In this document: in pieces, positions 35,168 to 48,144 of the stretch
How the letters are laid out: the number at the start of each line of letters is the position of its first letter
How positions within the stretch are numbered: position 1 is the stretch's first letter
Source: Lingula anatina
Lineage: Eukaryota > Animalia > Brachiopoda
NCBI GenBank assembly: GCA_051362555.1
Contig: CM120643.1
Location: 26,354,848-26,418,847, forward strand
Direction of reading: 5' to 3'
DNA: 64,000 nucleotides
Translations under genes and position numbers: made by a program
The notes under the pieces: generated by a model
What the model was told of the DNA's origin: nothing
Database searches by the model: none
The model's input: only the letters and a program-made list of their open reading frames with translations

Positions 35168-35219
35168 AGACAAGCTGACAGCAGAAGAATTTGAACAGTT
35201 TTTGATAGTTGAACAAAAG
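35168..35219 (+). CDS. PLCG1: PLC-gamma exon 8 (EF-hand)
   Basis: DKLTAEEFEQFLIVEQK; AG/GTATGT. Confidence 0.9.
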
Positions 35220-35559
35220 GTATGTTTTATAAAAATGAAAACAAGAAATGTATTTGTTAATATTATTGTTTGAAACATTTTAAACTGACTTTAAGGGTTT
35301 TAACATTAAAGGTAACACTCAAATGTGAATTGCAGAAAATGGTGATTTCATATGTATCCCTATTATGTAAAAATATCAGAAAAGGTTTTCACTTTTCAAG
35401 CATTGTATTTTATTAATATTAAAAAATCATAGCATGCAGTCATGGTTTTTCAAGACCTAAATCCTCGATGAAGCTGGACACAGAAACAGTTTTTTTATCG
35501 GTAATCTGTAGGAAGATTTTTTCTTGATTCTTTATTATTTTTATTACCATTTCTCATAG

Positions 35560-35664
35560 GATCCCTTAGGAAATGATTCGCAGAATGTCCTGTCTTTCAT
35601 GCGCCAAATCCTGGAGTCATCAGATCCCATACGTGCTGTCAAGCCTCACTTCACACATCACGAG
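35560..35664 (+). CDS. PLCG1: PLC-gamma exon 9
   Basis: DPLGNDSQNVLSFMRQILESSDPIRAVKPHFTHHE; 105 nt. Confidence 0.88.
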
Positions 35665-36118
35665 GTAAATAATTTGACAGTTTTTGATAGGCTGGAATAG
35701 GATAAGAAGTACAGATATCGTTTGATGTTGAAAATGATCAAAATGTAGAATAGGTCTGATTTATAGAAAATGGGGATAACGAGGTAGAGCAGATTTCAAT
35801 GGGATATTAAAAGTTAAAAGAAATAAGAATTAAACTGTATATTGTGTTCTTAGAATTATTTTATAATTTAGTTGATTTGAATTTTCGACTTGGTTTAACT
35901 ACTTTTTTGATTATGTTTTACTGTCTCTTTGATCATGGGTATTGCAAATTTTGACAAGTTACAATGACAGATTGATGTTCAGTGATACATGTTCATTCTT
36001 TGTACAAAGATTTATTAAATTACAAACACCACACAGATGAATCTGAAAAATTGCAATAGGTAATCATAAAGAGGTAAAATTTAACACCTACTGATGTCGC
36101 CGTTCCCCTCTGTTCCAG

Positions 36119-36234
36119 TTCCTAGACTATTTGTATTCAGACAAGAACACGATATGGGAGGAAGATCATGAGAAGGTCAATCAAGACATGACAAAGCCTC
36201 TCTCTCAGTTCTGGATAGCGTCATCACATAACAC
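36119..36234 (+). CDS. PLCG1: PLC-gamma exon 10 (start of X box)
   Basis: FLDYLYSDKNTIW...DMTKPLSQFWIASSHNT with catalytic His. Confidence 0.96.
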
Positions 36235-36435
36235 GTAGGCAGACTGATATATTAGTTCTGATGTGCTGTTGTCTTGGGGTGGATTAATAAGAAGAACAAT
36301 GATAATAGTAATGAAAATATTAAATATAAAATATATGTATTCGTTTGAATTGTGTTGTCACAAACTTAAATTATTGTAACTTTTGTGTGATTAAGAGAAG
36401 TATGTAAAGGCATCTTTATGGTGATAGGTTCTTGC

Positions 36436-37122
36436 TTGCTGGATGTGTTAGTTGTGACAGATTGCAACACAGTGTGTTAGTTGTGATAGCAGTGTGTTCT
36501 TGCTGGATGTATTAGTTGTGACAGATTGCAACACAGTGTGTTAGTTGTGATAGCAGTGTGTTCTTTGCTGGATGTATTAGTTGTGACAGATTGCAACACA
36601 GTGTGTTAGTTGTGATAGCAGTGTGTTCTTGCTGGATGTATTAGTTGTGACAGATTGCAACACAGTGTGTTAGTTGTGATAGCAGTGTGTTCTTGCTGGA
36701 TGTATTAGTTGTGACAGATTGCAACACAGTGTGTTAGTTGTGATAGCAGTGTGTTCTTGCTGGATGTATTAGTTGTGACAGATTGCAACACAGTGTGTTA
36801 GTTGTGATAGCAGTGTGTTCTTGCTGGATGTATTAGTTGTGACAGATTGCAACACAGTGTGTTAGTTGTGATAGCAGTGTGTTCTTGCTGGATGTGTTAG
36901 TTGTGACAGATTGCTACACAGTGTGTTAGTGGTGATAGCAGTGTGTTCTTGCTGGATGTGTTAGTTGTGACAGATTGCTAAACAGTGTGTTAGTTGTGAT
37001 AGCAGTGTGTTCTTGCTGGATGTGTTATCTGTGACAGATTGCTACACAGTGTGTTAGTTGTGACAGATTGCTACACAGTGTGTTAGTTGTGACAGATTGC
37101 TACACAGTGTGTTAGTTGTGAT
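36436..37122 (+). repeat. ~64-bp intronic minisatellite, ~10 copies, built from ~31-bp subunits
   Basis: ttgctggatgtattagttgtgacagattgcaacacagtgtgttagttgtgatagcagtgtgttc repeated. Confidence 0.95.
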
Positions 37123-37371
37123 GCCTTTGTGACTGCTTAATTTGGCACACTATGGTAGATATGTGATTGGTTCTTAGACGAGGTTTTAATTTTGATCCGC
37201 TTTTGATCGTTGTACTCTATGGTCACCATGTAAGGAGAGACAGACCCTTACATGAATTAATAGTATGTATGCTACTGTATAACTTGGAATTTGTTTCTTT
37301 TTTATTATTATTATAATTATTATTATTATTATTATATTTTATTGTGATAGTAAATAATTCTTTATTTACAG

Positions 37372-37457
37372 ATATCTCACTGGGGATCAGTTTTCCAGTG
37401 AGTCGTCCACGGAGGCATATGGAAGATGTCTACGTATGGGGGCACGCTGTATTGAAT
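37372..37457 (+). CDS. PLCG1: PLC-gamma exon 11 (X box)
   Basis: [28 protein letters not shown]. Confidence 0.97.
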
Positions 37458-37851
37458 GTAAGTGTATTAACTAGGTTAGACACAGGGGTGTCCAAAAGTA
37501 TTCACTAATTGTCATTCAAGTTGAAAGGCATGTTAACCTGATCATTGAAGTCTTCTAGAAGAGGTTAATTTGTAGTAGTTATATGAATGGAAGATGGGGG
37601 TTCAGAAATGATAGTGTTATTCATTTGTTAATGCTAATAATAATGAATAAGATTATTTACAATAATAGAGGAATGGTTAGTGTACTAAGATTGCAAAAAA
37701 AAAAAAAAGGATGAATTGACAACAGGAATGCTCTAGTTTTAAGAAAATTTGACTCCAAGAATACCATTATGCAGTGTCAGTAAATTGCTCAATTTTACCC
37801 CATTGAAAAGATGGAGGCATTATCTTAATAAAAACCAGCCTTTATTTCTAG

Positions 37852-37972
37852 TGGACTGCTGGGACGGGCCTGAAGGGATGCCCTATATCTACCACGGACA
37901 TACTCTAACCTCTAAGGTCAAATTTCTGGATGTCCTCAAGACTATAGCTGAAAATGCTTGGGTCACTTCAGA
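37852..37972 (+). CDS. PLCG1: PLC-gamma exon 12 (X box)
   Basis: [41 protein letters not shown]. Confidence 0.97.
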
Positions 37973-38266
37973 GTGAGTTTTTTTAACCTCGTTTTCTTTT
38001 TAAGTTCATTTCTTATGTTTGTTTTATTCTAATTTATTTTTTTTAATGTGTTCACTTTAAATATGCAGATTTAATAGCAGTTAAATAGCTGAATTAAAGA
38101 CACAAAATCAGCCTTAATAAATTTGTCTTTAAAATGAGTTTAAATTTTCAGCTTTTTTCTTCAATCAAATTAGGATTTGTTTTACATAATGCTTAATGCC
38201 CTATTCTGTTGTGCACCCAGTATGGATGTGCCTGAAATTTGATGAATAAAAATTTTGTTATTTCAG

Positions 38267-38352
38267 ATATCCTGTCATTTTGTCAATAGAAAATCACTGC
38301 AGTCTTCAACAACAGAGAAACATGGCCAATGGATTCAAGGAGGTGTTTGGAG
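38267..38352 (+). CDS. PLCG1: PLC-gamma exon 13 (X box)
   Basis: [28 protein letters not shown]. Confidence 0.97.
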
Positions 38353-38358
38353 GTAAAT

Positions 38359-38394
<36 letters not shown>

Positions 38395-38657
38395 ATGTTT
38401 ACTTATTTGTTATTCCTTTAAATTCCCTTTCAAAAAAATTGGGAATGTAGCTGACTTTAAAGTTTAACTTCAAGGTGTTTTCCTAGCCTGCTAAGATTTG
38501 TTGTTGTCATTGAATATTTTAAAAATGCTTTTTGAAACCTTTTTATGTTGACTTTTCCTAAGTTACTTTAGAATTTATATAGCCATCATATAAATTTGTA
38601 CTTCTGCAAAATATGTAATCGTCTTGAATACTATTGTAATTATTATTATTATTACAG

Positions 38658-38740
38658 ATCAACTACTGACAGAGCCTATAGACAAGGAAGCTACCCAGCT
38701 TCCATCTCCTGAGGCTTTGAAAAGAAAGTTTATATTAAAG
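38658..38740 (+). CDS. PLCG1: PLC-gamma exon 14 (end of X box)
   Basis: DQLLTEPIDKEATQLPSPEALKRKFILK. Confidence 0.97.
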
Positions 38741-40505
38741 GTAAGATGAGATTTTCACCAGACAAGGAGGACGTTTCTCTTCTCTACCATGTGACCCATA
38801 TCAGAGTTCTTACTAATTTTTCTGTGCTTAAAAAGAAACAGGATATAAGAAATTTGATGTTGCTTTTGAGGAAGTTTTATGTTAAACAATGGCAATATTT
38901 ATTCCTTTCTACGTCAAAAAGGAAAAGGAAAAAGTCACAAGTATGTAATAAAATATGTCAGCAAATATGTTAACATATTGCTTCTCTATCCAGGTTTAGA
39001 ATTCAGTATGCACTTGCACACGCATGCGCGTACATGTGCATGCTCACACACATTGAGGTTTGGAAGGGTTAAAGTGCCTTGGAAATGAACTGAATGTCTA
39101 AACCCTTCACTACCACTGCATTTTTAAAATTAAATTTTCAGATAGATGTCCTTTTCAGGACCACTTTTTGACCCTTTTTCCATTTGTGTCCATTTATTAT
39201 TCCATTATAGTGTTACAGTATGAATACAAGCTATGCTCTCAAAAAAGCACAATCACGACTTAATTTGGTGAGTCACTCCTTGCCATCGCACGGTTGTAGG
39301 GGCAGCCACCTGTTTAACAAAAATATCTCAAGCCATAGTTGGTCTTAACTTGATGACATTAAATTATTAGGACTTTGACTCAAGATAAATGAATAGTAGT
39401 TCACTGAAGTAAGAAGATAGTCCTGGTTTTGTTAAAGGGGAGAAATGGCTCGTGGTTGAGACTCTTACTTGTTAATTTTAGTGTGCTACTATAGATTTAT
39501 CATGATTGAAAGTGAACCAAATATTTTGTCTAAAAGTTAAGATCAGCTTTAGGCTGAGTTATGTGGAACATGCCTTAGTTAATAATAGGAGCCTGTTGAA
39601 GCTTTTAAATTACCTGATATTCAAGTTTTGGTTGGTGTTTGTGGCTTTTTTTGAAAGTGTTGTATCAGTTTTGTAGTTTGAGCCTTTTGAGAGCAGTAAA
39701 CCAGTATAAATTTGATTATGAAACGGCACTAAAGATGTCACTGTGATTAAAGGATCTACAGGCAGGATTGAATGATGGAACCATGACAGTTATAATCCTA
39801 GATATAACTTTTTGTAATGGTCTTTCATTATATTTTTCACAGGCACCCTGCATTTTTAGAATAGTAAAATAATCACTTCTATAACAGGAAAGGAGATGGT
39901 ATCGAGAGTTCATTTTAAAATGTTTTCCTTGATTTATATCTGTTAATATTCAATCCTGTGGCCTAGAAAGCTAAAACGAGAGAAGAAAATGGCTGTGTAA
40001 GTGACTTTTAAGCACTTTAAAATATATTAATAATTGTAATTATAATCATATAAGCATTGACATAACAGTCTTTCAATTATTTTGTCTGTACATATAGCAT
40101 CTGTCATCGCCGTCATCATCGCTGTGCACTTTCACCGATGACATGATAAGTGGATAACCCTTTTACTTTTTGGTTTGAAACTTACAGAACTGATGAATAT
40201 TCATAATATTTATTATTTATTATTGTATCAAAATTGACAAAATGACCTTTTTTCTGAATCTTCATTTTCTGCTTTTGTCTGTACATTTGAAAGCTTTGTT
40301 GCCTTTTTTTATTATTTATTTATTCATTTATTTTTTGTTTACATTTCCAAATTTGTAGTCCACCTGTATAGAAAATTCTAATTTTGCATTGTCATGATAA
40401 AATGAACTGAATGAGTGTAAATGGTTATTTCAGGGTAAAACGGAGTTAGTAATGTACAAGTAAGGTTCTCTCTTATCTGTTCTAGGTTTTTCTCTGGAAA
40501 CCTTG

Positions 40506-40543
<38 letters not shown>

Positions 40544-40814
40544 AGTTGCTGCCACTGGTGCAGCTTATTCTGGTTTAAAAATGGACAACACACAAACATC
40601 AGTTTTCTTCTTTTATTTTCTGAGACAATACAATGCACAAGTCACATCTGCTCTGAGACTGTTGAAGATAAAATATTTGTACATTGAAAGAGGCTGAGCG
40701 GCTGTATATTTATTTTTTTCCCATTACATTACATGTTCAGAAACTCGGAATGGAGCAAATTTGACATTTAAAATTGTTCTGTTGTATATGGATGGTGGTC
40801 AGTATGTTATTGCC

Positions 40815-41407
40815 CCTTGGGTAATCACTGGCTGAATTCAGAGCTATTAAGTCACTTGCCTGATTAACTTTCAAGTGTCCATTAAATGAGATTACATAAA
40901 ACACACGTTGAGATTTCCCTGTAAAGTCCCATAGGTTTAGCTCTCTTAAATGTGTCACATAATTAGGAATCAGTGATAATTATGCAGGTAAATATTGTTT
41001 AATATTGCTAATAAGTTAACAAAAGATAAAAGTTTGTGTAATGCCAACATTAATGCTATAGATGAATAACAGTGCCTTATTATTCTCAAACTCATTGGGG
41101 TTATTCATATCATGTTAATACAGCTAATTAAAAGTTTGAATAGCAGCTTTATTGGTATTTTTTGTTATGTTTTATCTTAATTTTTTTAAATTTTCTTTTC
41201 CAAACACTAGTGTCTTTAAGAAGCTCTGTGCATTTTCTGTATTTCCACATGAGCAATTGTATTGGTTTTTATGTCTTTAAACATAATGTAATATTATTTT
41301 ATGCACTGTCATTTTTTTTTCACATATTGAGATTTTCATTATGTGAATTTGAACTCTCACATATGGTCCTGAAACTGTAATCATATTGACCATGTTACCT
41401 GTTGTGC
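40815..41407 (+). repeat. Copy A of a ~600-bp diverged direct repeat; copy B is 46285-46369 joined to 55577-56272
   Basis: Shared blocks such as ttcagagctattaagtcacttgcct, tttgtgtaatgccaacattaatgctatagatgaataacagtgcctta and atgttacctgttgtgc. Confidence 0.85.
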
Positions 41408-42599
41408 TGTATATATATTTTTTCCCATTACAAACATGTTTGACAGGCAGGGACAGGTGGACAAACAGTTGACTGCCAACTCCTCCAGTAGACAATGCAA
41501 GCTCCTATGCTAGGTAAATCAATACAGATAACAAGCCATTCCTACTTAAATTTCAAAGTTCAACAGCACACTAGCTGAATGTAAACAAAATGCTATAGCT
41601 TACTACAGAAATTTTAGCCCTGAAATTAATGCTATGTAAAATTGTAACCTTAATCTGAATTTGTGGTGGATTTATGCCAAGCATAGATTTTTAGTTTGAT
41701 TTTTTCTTTGTATTGACTTTTAAAAAATTTGATAGCAAGGCTTTCCCAGAGAGAAGTCCAGCTGTCATTTGCACGGCCCTGACCTCAAATGAAGTGCTAC
41801 AATGTCCCAAACTGATGTCTGAGCAAACTCACTGCCAAATTTTGACAGAGGACACATTTAAATGGCAACAGAACAAAATACAAATTATAAAAAAAATATA
41901 TATATATACATAGACATTCTATTATTTGCAGTAACGGAGAAAGTCAACATGGTAAAATTAGATTAATGTCTTTTGACCATGCAGTTTTAAATTTGTTCGT
42001 GCCAAAGTCAGCAGCAAAAATTTTACAAATATACGTCATTCTTGTGTGGCATGATTTTACATAACATCCATTATTTGCATTCAAAAAAAAAAAAAAAAAA
42101 GTAAAATGCTCTCAAATACTCATACACTATAGGTAAAATTATCCATTGATTTCCCATGACTCTGAAGCCCTGACTTAATTTACACATTCTAAATTTAAAC
42201 TAGAACTTAACTAATTTGCATTGCATGCTTTTGCATCTAATTTGGCCAAAAAAATTATATGAATTTCCAAAGGGCCTCAAGCCAAGTTAACATTTTCTAC
42301 ATGTCTACTGTAACAGTACAGGACTGAAACTTGACTGTGAATTATGTTTTTTAGCTGTATGTATTTTTGCAAAAAAAAAAAAGAAAAGAAAGAAAGAAAG
42401 AGGAAAAAAGGAAAAAGTGGCCTTTCCTTATTAAATTGGTTTTCCCTTGTTTTCAGACTGTTTAAAGTTACTGCTTCTATCAGATTTCACATTTGTTATG
42501 TTCTGGTTCCTACAACCTATCCTCCTTATCATTGGTGACATGTGGTTTAACTAACACCAGCATTGTGATATATTTTCATCTGTTCAATATTATCAGTAG

Positions 42600-44687
42600 C
42601 TAGTGTAAGTACTGAAATGTCTTAACTTGGCCTTCCTGTTCTGCCACCACCAGCTGGCCAGCAGGGTTGATGGCTAATGCTTTCGGAGACTCTAACCCAT
42701 CATCCTTAGTGGCAATGTATCTGATAAAATGTCCGTGTGGACTCAGTGCCACTATCCTGTGGTTAAGAAGATCAGCAATGAAGATGTGGCCATAGCTGTC
42801 TGTACACACTCCATGAGGTGCACACAGCTGACCATCACCACTGCCATATCTGCCATACTGGTACAGCAGACCACCAGTAGGTGACAGCACATGTACACAA
42901 TGTCTGCTCAAATCTGATATTGCAATGTTATCATTCACACTGTTCACTGTGATGTACACTGGGTATTTACACATACTGAGTGGAATAGCGTCCAGGAGCT
43001 GTCCACTGTCTGCATGGAATGTTAAGAAAGATTTCTTTGAGCTGTCACAAACTATCACATTACCTTGTCTGTTCAGTGTAATACCACGTGGCTCATCCAG
43101 TTGACCCTGAACCATGGTTGTCACCTGCTGACCTCTGGTGGAGAACACTTGGACATATCTGTCAATCTGTGATGCAATATACAGGAGACCAGTCTGTGAC
43201 ACAGCCACATCAAACGGTCTGTTTACTATAATGCCATACTTGAAATTTCCAGCATGTGTGAACATCTTTGTTCTGTTTTCTCCTTGATACACAACAAACA
43301 CATGTCCTTCGTTTATGGCTAACCCAGTCAAGGACATTGTTCTGTCATCTTCTAGCTTGGTACTAAAAGAACGCACACACTTTGCCTTCTCTAAGAAAAT
43401 GGGAGGATGTGGTGCTGATCTTGGATTTGCTCGCTGTCCAGCTAATGGAGATTTTGTCTGTATTGTCACCTGCCCTAACATGGCTTCCTGTTCGGGAGGA
43501 TTTGGTGCTGATCTTGGATTCATTGCCTGTCTAGCTAACGGAGATTGTGACTGCACTGTTACCTGTCCTAACGTGGCTTCCTGTTCGGGAGGATTTGGTG
43601 CTGATCTTGGATTTATTGCCTGTCTAGCTAACGGAGGTTGTGACTGTACTGTCACCTGTCCTAACATGGCTTCTAGTCCAGGAGAACTTGGTGGTCTTGG
43701 ATTTGTTCCATGTCTCCCTAATGGAGGTTGTAACTGTACTGTCACCTGTCCTAACATGGCTTCTAGTCCAGGAGAACTTGGTAGTCTTGGATTTGTTCCA
43801 TGTCTCCCTAATGGAGGTTGTGACTGTACTGTCACTTGTCCTAACATGGCTTCCAGTCTGGCAGCAGATATCTTACCAGGGCTGTATGATATCTGTGCTG
43901 GTGTATCTAGAGTTGGGACAGGTGCTTTCTCCATCTCTGCCAGTCTTTCTATCAGAGGTTTTGTGTGAACCATGATATCAGAGTCAGTGCCATTTGTGAT
44001 CAGTTGAAAGGCAAAATCACAGGCGTTGTGTAACAAGACATGGTGGAGTGTATGGGTATATTTGTTTGCTCCCATCTGCCTCTGTCTGCTATCGCAAACA
44101 GAATTCACTTTTGATATCAGTGTCTCTTTCCTCTCATTGATCAGCCGGACAATTTGCTCAGCTTGGTTTTTAATCTCATTGATTGTGACAGTTCTGTTAT
44201 GAGAGTCCTCTGTGTCATTGGTTGTTTCCATGGCAGCTGCTTCTTTAAACCTGATCGACGTTTTCATAGTTTTTACAAGAGCAGTTTTAATTTTATCTCT
44301 GTTGCTATTTGCAAGTTGATCAACTAATGAAATACGATGTCGGCCATGTTCGGTTGCTATACACTGTCTACATATAGCGGTATCATCATCTTCACAGTAG
44401 TATTCTAATTCATTTTCATGGTGTTTCTTACAACTGATGGTCATTTGTGCATTGGCAAAATTATTTTTCAGTCGAGTAAATCCGCTAGCTTGAAACTGGG
44501 TCTCTTCTCTACAAATAGGACACAGAAATGTCTCACTTGGAGAGAGAAATCTTTGGGCATGGTCAGATATACAACCATTGCAAAAAGTATGGTAGCAAGG
44601 CAGTATACAGAGGTCCTTATACTCTTTCAGACAGATGCTACATGTTAAGAGATTATCTGTGAAAGCTGTTGCTAGTGCTTCTGCCAT
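42600..44687 (-). CDS. Intronless TRIM-NHL E3 ubiquitin ligase (TRIM2/3-like), 695 aa, nested antisense in PLC-gamma intron 14
   Basis: RING CSIC...LPCYHTFCNGC...CPIC; B-box CKKH...YYCEDDDTAICRQC...H; coiled coil; NHL repeats (GSGDGQLCAPHGVCTDSYGHIFIAD). Confidence 0.92.
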   Translation of the reverse strand: MAEALATAFTDNLLTCSICLKEYKDLCILPCYHTFCNGCISDHAQRFLSPSETFLCPICREETQFQASGFTRLKNNFANAQMTISCKKHHENELEYYCEDDDTAICRQCIATEHGRHRISLVDQLANSNRDKIKTALVKTMKTSIRFKEAAAMETTNDTEDSHNRTVTINEIKNQAEQIVRLINERKETLISKVNSVCDSRQRQMGANKYTHTLHHVLLHNACDFAFQLITNGTDSDIMVHTKPLIERLAEMEKAPVPTLDTPAQISYSPGKISAARLEAMLGQVTVQSQPPLGRHGTNPRLPSSPGLEAMLGQVTVQLQPPLGRHGTNPRPPSSPGLEAMLGQVTVQSQPPLARQAINPRSAPNPPEQEATLGQVTVQSQSPLARQAMNPRSAPNPPEQEAMLGQVTIQTKSPLAGQRANPRSAPHPPIFLEKAKCVRSFSTKLEDDRTMSLTGLAINEGHVFVVYQGENRTKMFTHAGNFKYGIIVNRPFDVAVSQTGLLYIASQIDRYVQVFSTRGQQVTTMVQGQLDEPRGITLNRQGNVIVCDSSKKSFLTFHADSGQLLDAIPLSMCKYPVYITVNSVNDNIAISDLSRHCVHVLSPTGGLLYQYGRYGSGDGQLCAPHGVCTDSYGHIFIADLLNHRIVALSPHGHFIRYIATKDDGLESPKALAINPAGQLVVAEQEGQVKTFQYLH
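43401..43856 (-). repeat. Five 30-31-aa coding repeats in the TRIM linker
   Basis: LEAMLGQVTVQSQPPLGRHGTNPRLPSSPG-like unit x5. Confidence 0.93.
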
Positions 44688-44759
44688 GTCTGAATGTCTT
44701 TTTGATTCTCGGTTCCCAATTTACTTTCCGGTGCTGCAGCTGATCAAAGTAACATGAAG

Positions 44760-44878
44760 TGAAGTTTTACTTCATTATTAGCATGTTTCTTGCAACTGAT
44801 GCTCATTTGTGCTTTTGCCGTGTTTGACTGTCTCTTTGTAAGTTTGCAATGAATGATTGAGCTAGTTTTGTGACTTTG
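44760..44878 (-). pseudogene. Degenerate TRIM post-RING/B-box fragment upstream of the TRIM ATG
   Basis: Minus strand gives KVTKLAQSFIANL, a frameshift, then AQMSISCKKHANNEVKL, paralogous to AQMTISCKKHHENELE in the intact gene. Confidence 0.55.
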
Positions 44879-45322
44879 GTATTGAATAACTTGGTCTAGA
44901 ATTCGTCAAAAAAGGTAAATATTCTCTCTACTTCACAATTCTGCAGCTTTGATCAACATAGATCACAATACTATGTTGCCACTTACTGTGTGAACTCTTT
45001 AACTGGCTTACTGATTTTTAAATAATCCATGAGTATGTCCCCTGTTTCTTCCTTTTCCTTTTAGAAGTGTGCAAAGGTAGAGAAAAATACGTCATCTTTT
45101 TATTTCTTGACGCTGACCTCAACATAGCAACATGGTGTATATGAAGACAAAAGCAGCTCCCATTGTGTGTTGGTTGGTGACATGGCTGTATTGTGTTTAC
45201 TCTTAAGCTCAGATTATTGATAGAGCCAGGAATGCAGGTATTTCTGTCTCGCTTCAGGTGACACAGTTGTAGCATATTTACCCTGAGCTCAGGTTAAACA
45301 AGTAGAACCATGTCTGCAGGTA

Positions 45323-45606
45323 TTTTTATGTACAGACACCAATGTGTCTAATGATATCCATTATTGGAGTTGCATATATATGCTGAAAAAAGTGAAAAAA
45401 AAACCAGCTTAACTTCCATAAAAATGACCTGATCATGCTGATTTTCGAGATTTACCTGCGTATTATGACTATTCATCAGTTCTGTAAGTTTCAAGCCAAA
45501 AGGTAAAATGGTTTTCCACTTATCATATTATCGGCACGGGGATGATGGCGACGACAGACGCAGGGGACGGCTATATGTACAGACACATCAGTGTCTGTAC
45601 ATAAAA
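45323..45606. mobile_element. Small inverted-repeat-bounded element; partial inverted relative at about 40081-40203
   Basis: ttttatgtacagacaccaatgtgtc / gacacatcagtgtctgtacataaaa. Confidence 0.65.
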
Positions 45607-47375
45607 AGTAGAAAATAACGGTGCACATATAGGAAACTGTCAATTCTATATCTTTCATGTATTGGCATTTTCAGTGTGGGACCTAGAATTCCCACAGGCA
45701 TGAAGCCCAGGGGTAGTCAAATTTTCTTAATGTCCATGTTTTTAATAATAGATAATTAAAAATTAATGATATTTATGTAGTTTACCATTATGTAATATTG
45801 CATCAGATTTGACAAAAAAAAACTAACTTTGTGCACTGCCACCATAACATTATGAAAAGAAAATTGTGTTGCTCATTTTTTTTTTAACTTTCAAGAATGA
45901 TTCTTAGGATTGACCTTCAGCTTAAATTAGAAAAGCAGCTCTACTGGATTATCATTTTTTTAAATTTATGCAATTTTTTGTGAAATTATCATTTTTCTCA
46001 TTCTGGCATTTGCTTAGTGTGAAATTGAACTCTCATGGGTCTGTAGCCTTATATGTTTTGACTGTCATCAGAATTACCTGTAAAATTTGATGTTGACTTT
46101 GCATTTTAGCTTAGCATTTTTCAGCATAATTATTGAATCAGAATAGAATATTTTGTGCATATTATTTTCTGCTTTTTGTCTGTACATTTGACAGCTTTGC
46201 TGCCTTATTTTAAGGTGTGACTTAGAAATTTCATGGGTCAGAAGACCTATGCTAGTCACATTTGGTGGTAGGTCTGTAATTTTCTCTTGGGTAATCGCTA
46301 GCCAAGTTCAGAGCTATTAAGTCACTTGCCTAATTAAATTTCAAGTGGCCATTAAATGAGATAACTTAACCCCATAGAGCCCGTCACCGCATATGTGCGG
46401 TTCAATTATCGCTTACCCCAAAAGCCCAGAACCGCATATGTGCGTATCTTGGAAAGATCGGCAATTGTATTCTTTTGTATCGTGAGTCATGAAATGATAT
46501 ATAGTTTAACATCCGGGCATGTTTCTTGTCTCTCATTGCCACCATTTTTAAAGACGATAGAAATATATATGAGCGAGAAATCGGCGATTTTCTAGACAGC
46601 TGGAGAAAGTAAAATCAAAATGGCGACTCCTCACTACGGAAGGGGCCTGCGAATAGATACTGTTATTGAAATGATTAAAAACTACGACACTGATAAGGTG
46701 TTTTCGAGTGACAGTGATATAGACAGTGGCGATGAAATTCCTTTATTTATGATATAAGTTTTGTAGATGTTTTTGTCATAGACGGTGTTGAAATTTGACT
46801 TCTACTCAGCTCTTCCCACAATTTTCAGGTGAGCTGAAAAGCTGGCTCAAGTATACCTGATAGCAAAACAAGCATAACTTGAAAACTAATGGAGGTAACT
46901 TGCTGAAGTTTCCTAGATTGAAAGTTACTATACTTGACATCATTTCTGTGAATTTTCAGGCAAATGTATGGAGAAATAAAAAATTAATGTGCATAAGATA
47001 AATCAACTTTGTTTTATTTCACCCATTACCAAATAAAAATGTGGTTTTTAACCGGCCATAATTCTTGATACTGCATGTTGAATTTAAATGTGATTCTACT
47101 TTCATTTAGCTTGAAATATTGGCTTTTTTAAAATGTATACTTTGTATGGGTAATAAAGGCAAACAAATAAATTATGGCCAATTTACTGAGGTGACCCGGA
47201 TTTTCAAGGCTAGGTCACAGAATTAACTGGGCACAGCAGAACTTTAAGTGTCAGCATTAACCGGATCCTATATACGCCTTGCATTATTCGTCTTGTTTTC
47301 GACATTGAGCGCAATGCATTGTGGGTAAAGTGGGACCTATCTTGCGTTGCCGCCATTTCTGTACACAGAAATAAA

Positions 47376-48144
47376 ATGCCTCTCGGCGGTTCTATGTGTT
47401 TTGTGCCTGTTTGTTTCAACAATACGAAGCAAAATCGAATTTTTTCATTTTATGCTTTCCCCAAGGACCCAAAAAAGAGAGGTATATGGATTGACAATAT
47501 TGGACGAGCAGGAAATGAAGGCAAATTTAGTAAGTTCGAGCCCGCCAAGCATCACCGTGTGTAGTGCTCATTTTGAAGAAGGGAATAAATCGTATTTGGG
47601 TGGTAGACCAACTATATTTCCACTAAAGGAATCGAAGATTTGTAAGCCCCGAAGAAAATTTATTAGACATTTAACTGTTTATAACTCTGAGACAAATTTT
47701 AGTGAACCTGGCACAAGTGGGAAGTTGAACAGCGAGGACGAAAATGGCTTCTCAAATACAGACCACAATGCCTAGTGCATTGTATCAGATGCAGGTTCAG
47801 ATGCGCTTTTAACGACAGTTAAGGAAAAACAACATATTTTCAGTATGGAACAGAAAATGCGATCTTTAGAAATTGAACTTTCGGAAACAAGAGTGGAATT
47901 ACAACGAGCAATAAAAAAAAAAAGATGCATAAAGATATAGTGTGACAGAGAAAAAATGCTGGAACAACTGTCCAAAGCATATGAGGAAGTTGACAAACAC
48001 ACTTTTAGCATAAAGTCTATGCACAACAAACCTGAAATGGTTAAATTTTACATCGGTCTTGAAACCTACGAGGAATTAAAAATTTTCATGACTTTTTATA
48101 CCCTGACATTAGGCCTACCTCAGTATAAAAAAAATGGCATGTGA
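47376..48144 (+). pseudogene. Disrupted THAP-domain transposase N-terminus
   Basis: MCFVPVC...FYAFPKDPKKRGIWIDNI...RV/CSAHFEE...PTIFP (THAP C2CH) with frameshift near 47560, stops downstream, then VKFYIGL (FYTG-like motif). Confidence 0.8.

Noticed and set aside
43315-43975. Cys/Gly-rich plus-strand ORFs (217 and 111 aa)
   Set aside because: Antisense shadows of the TRIM linker repeats
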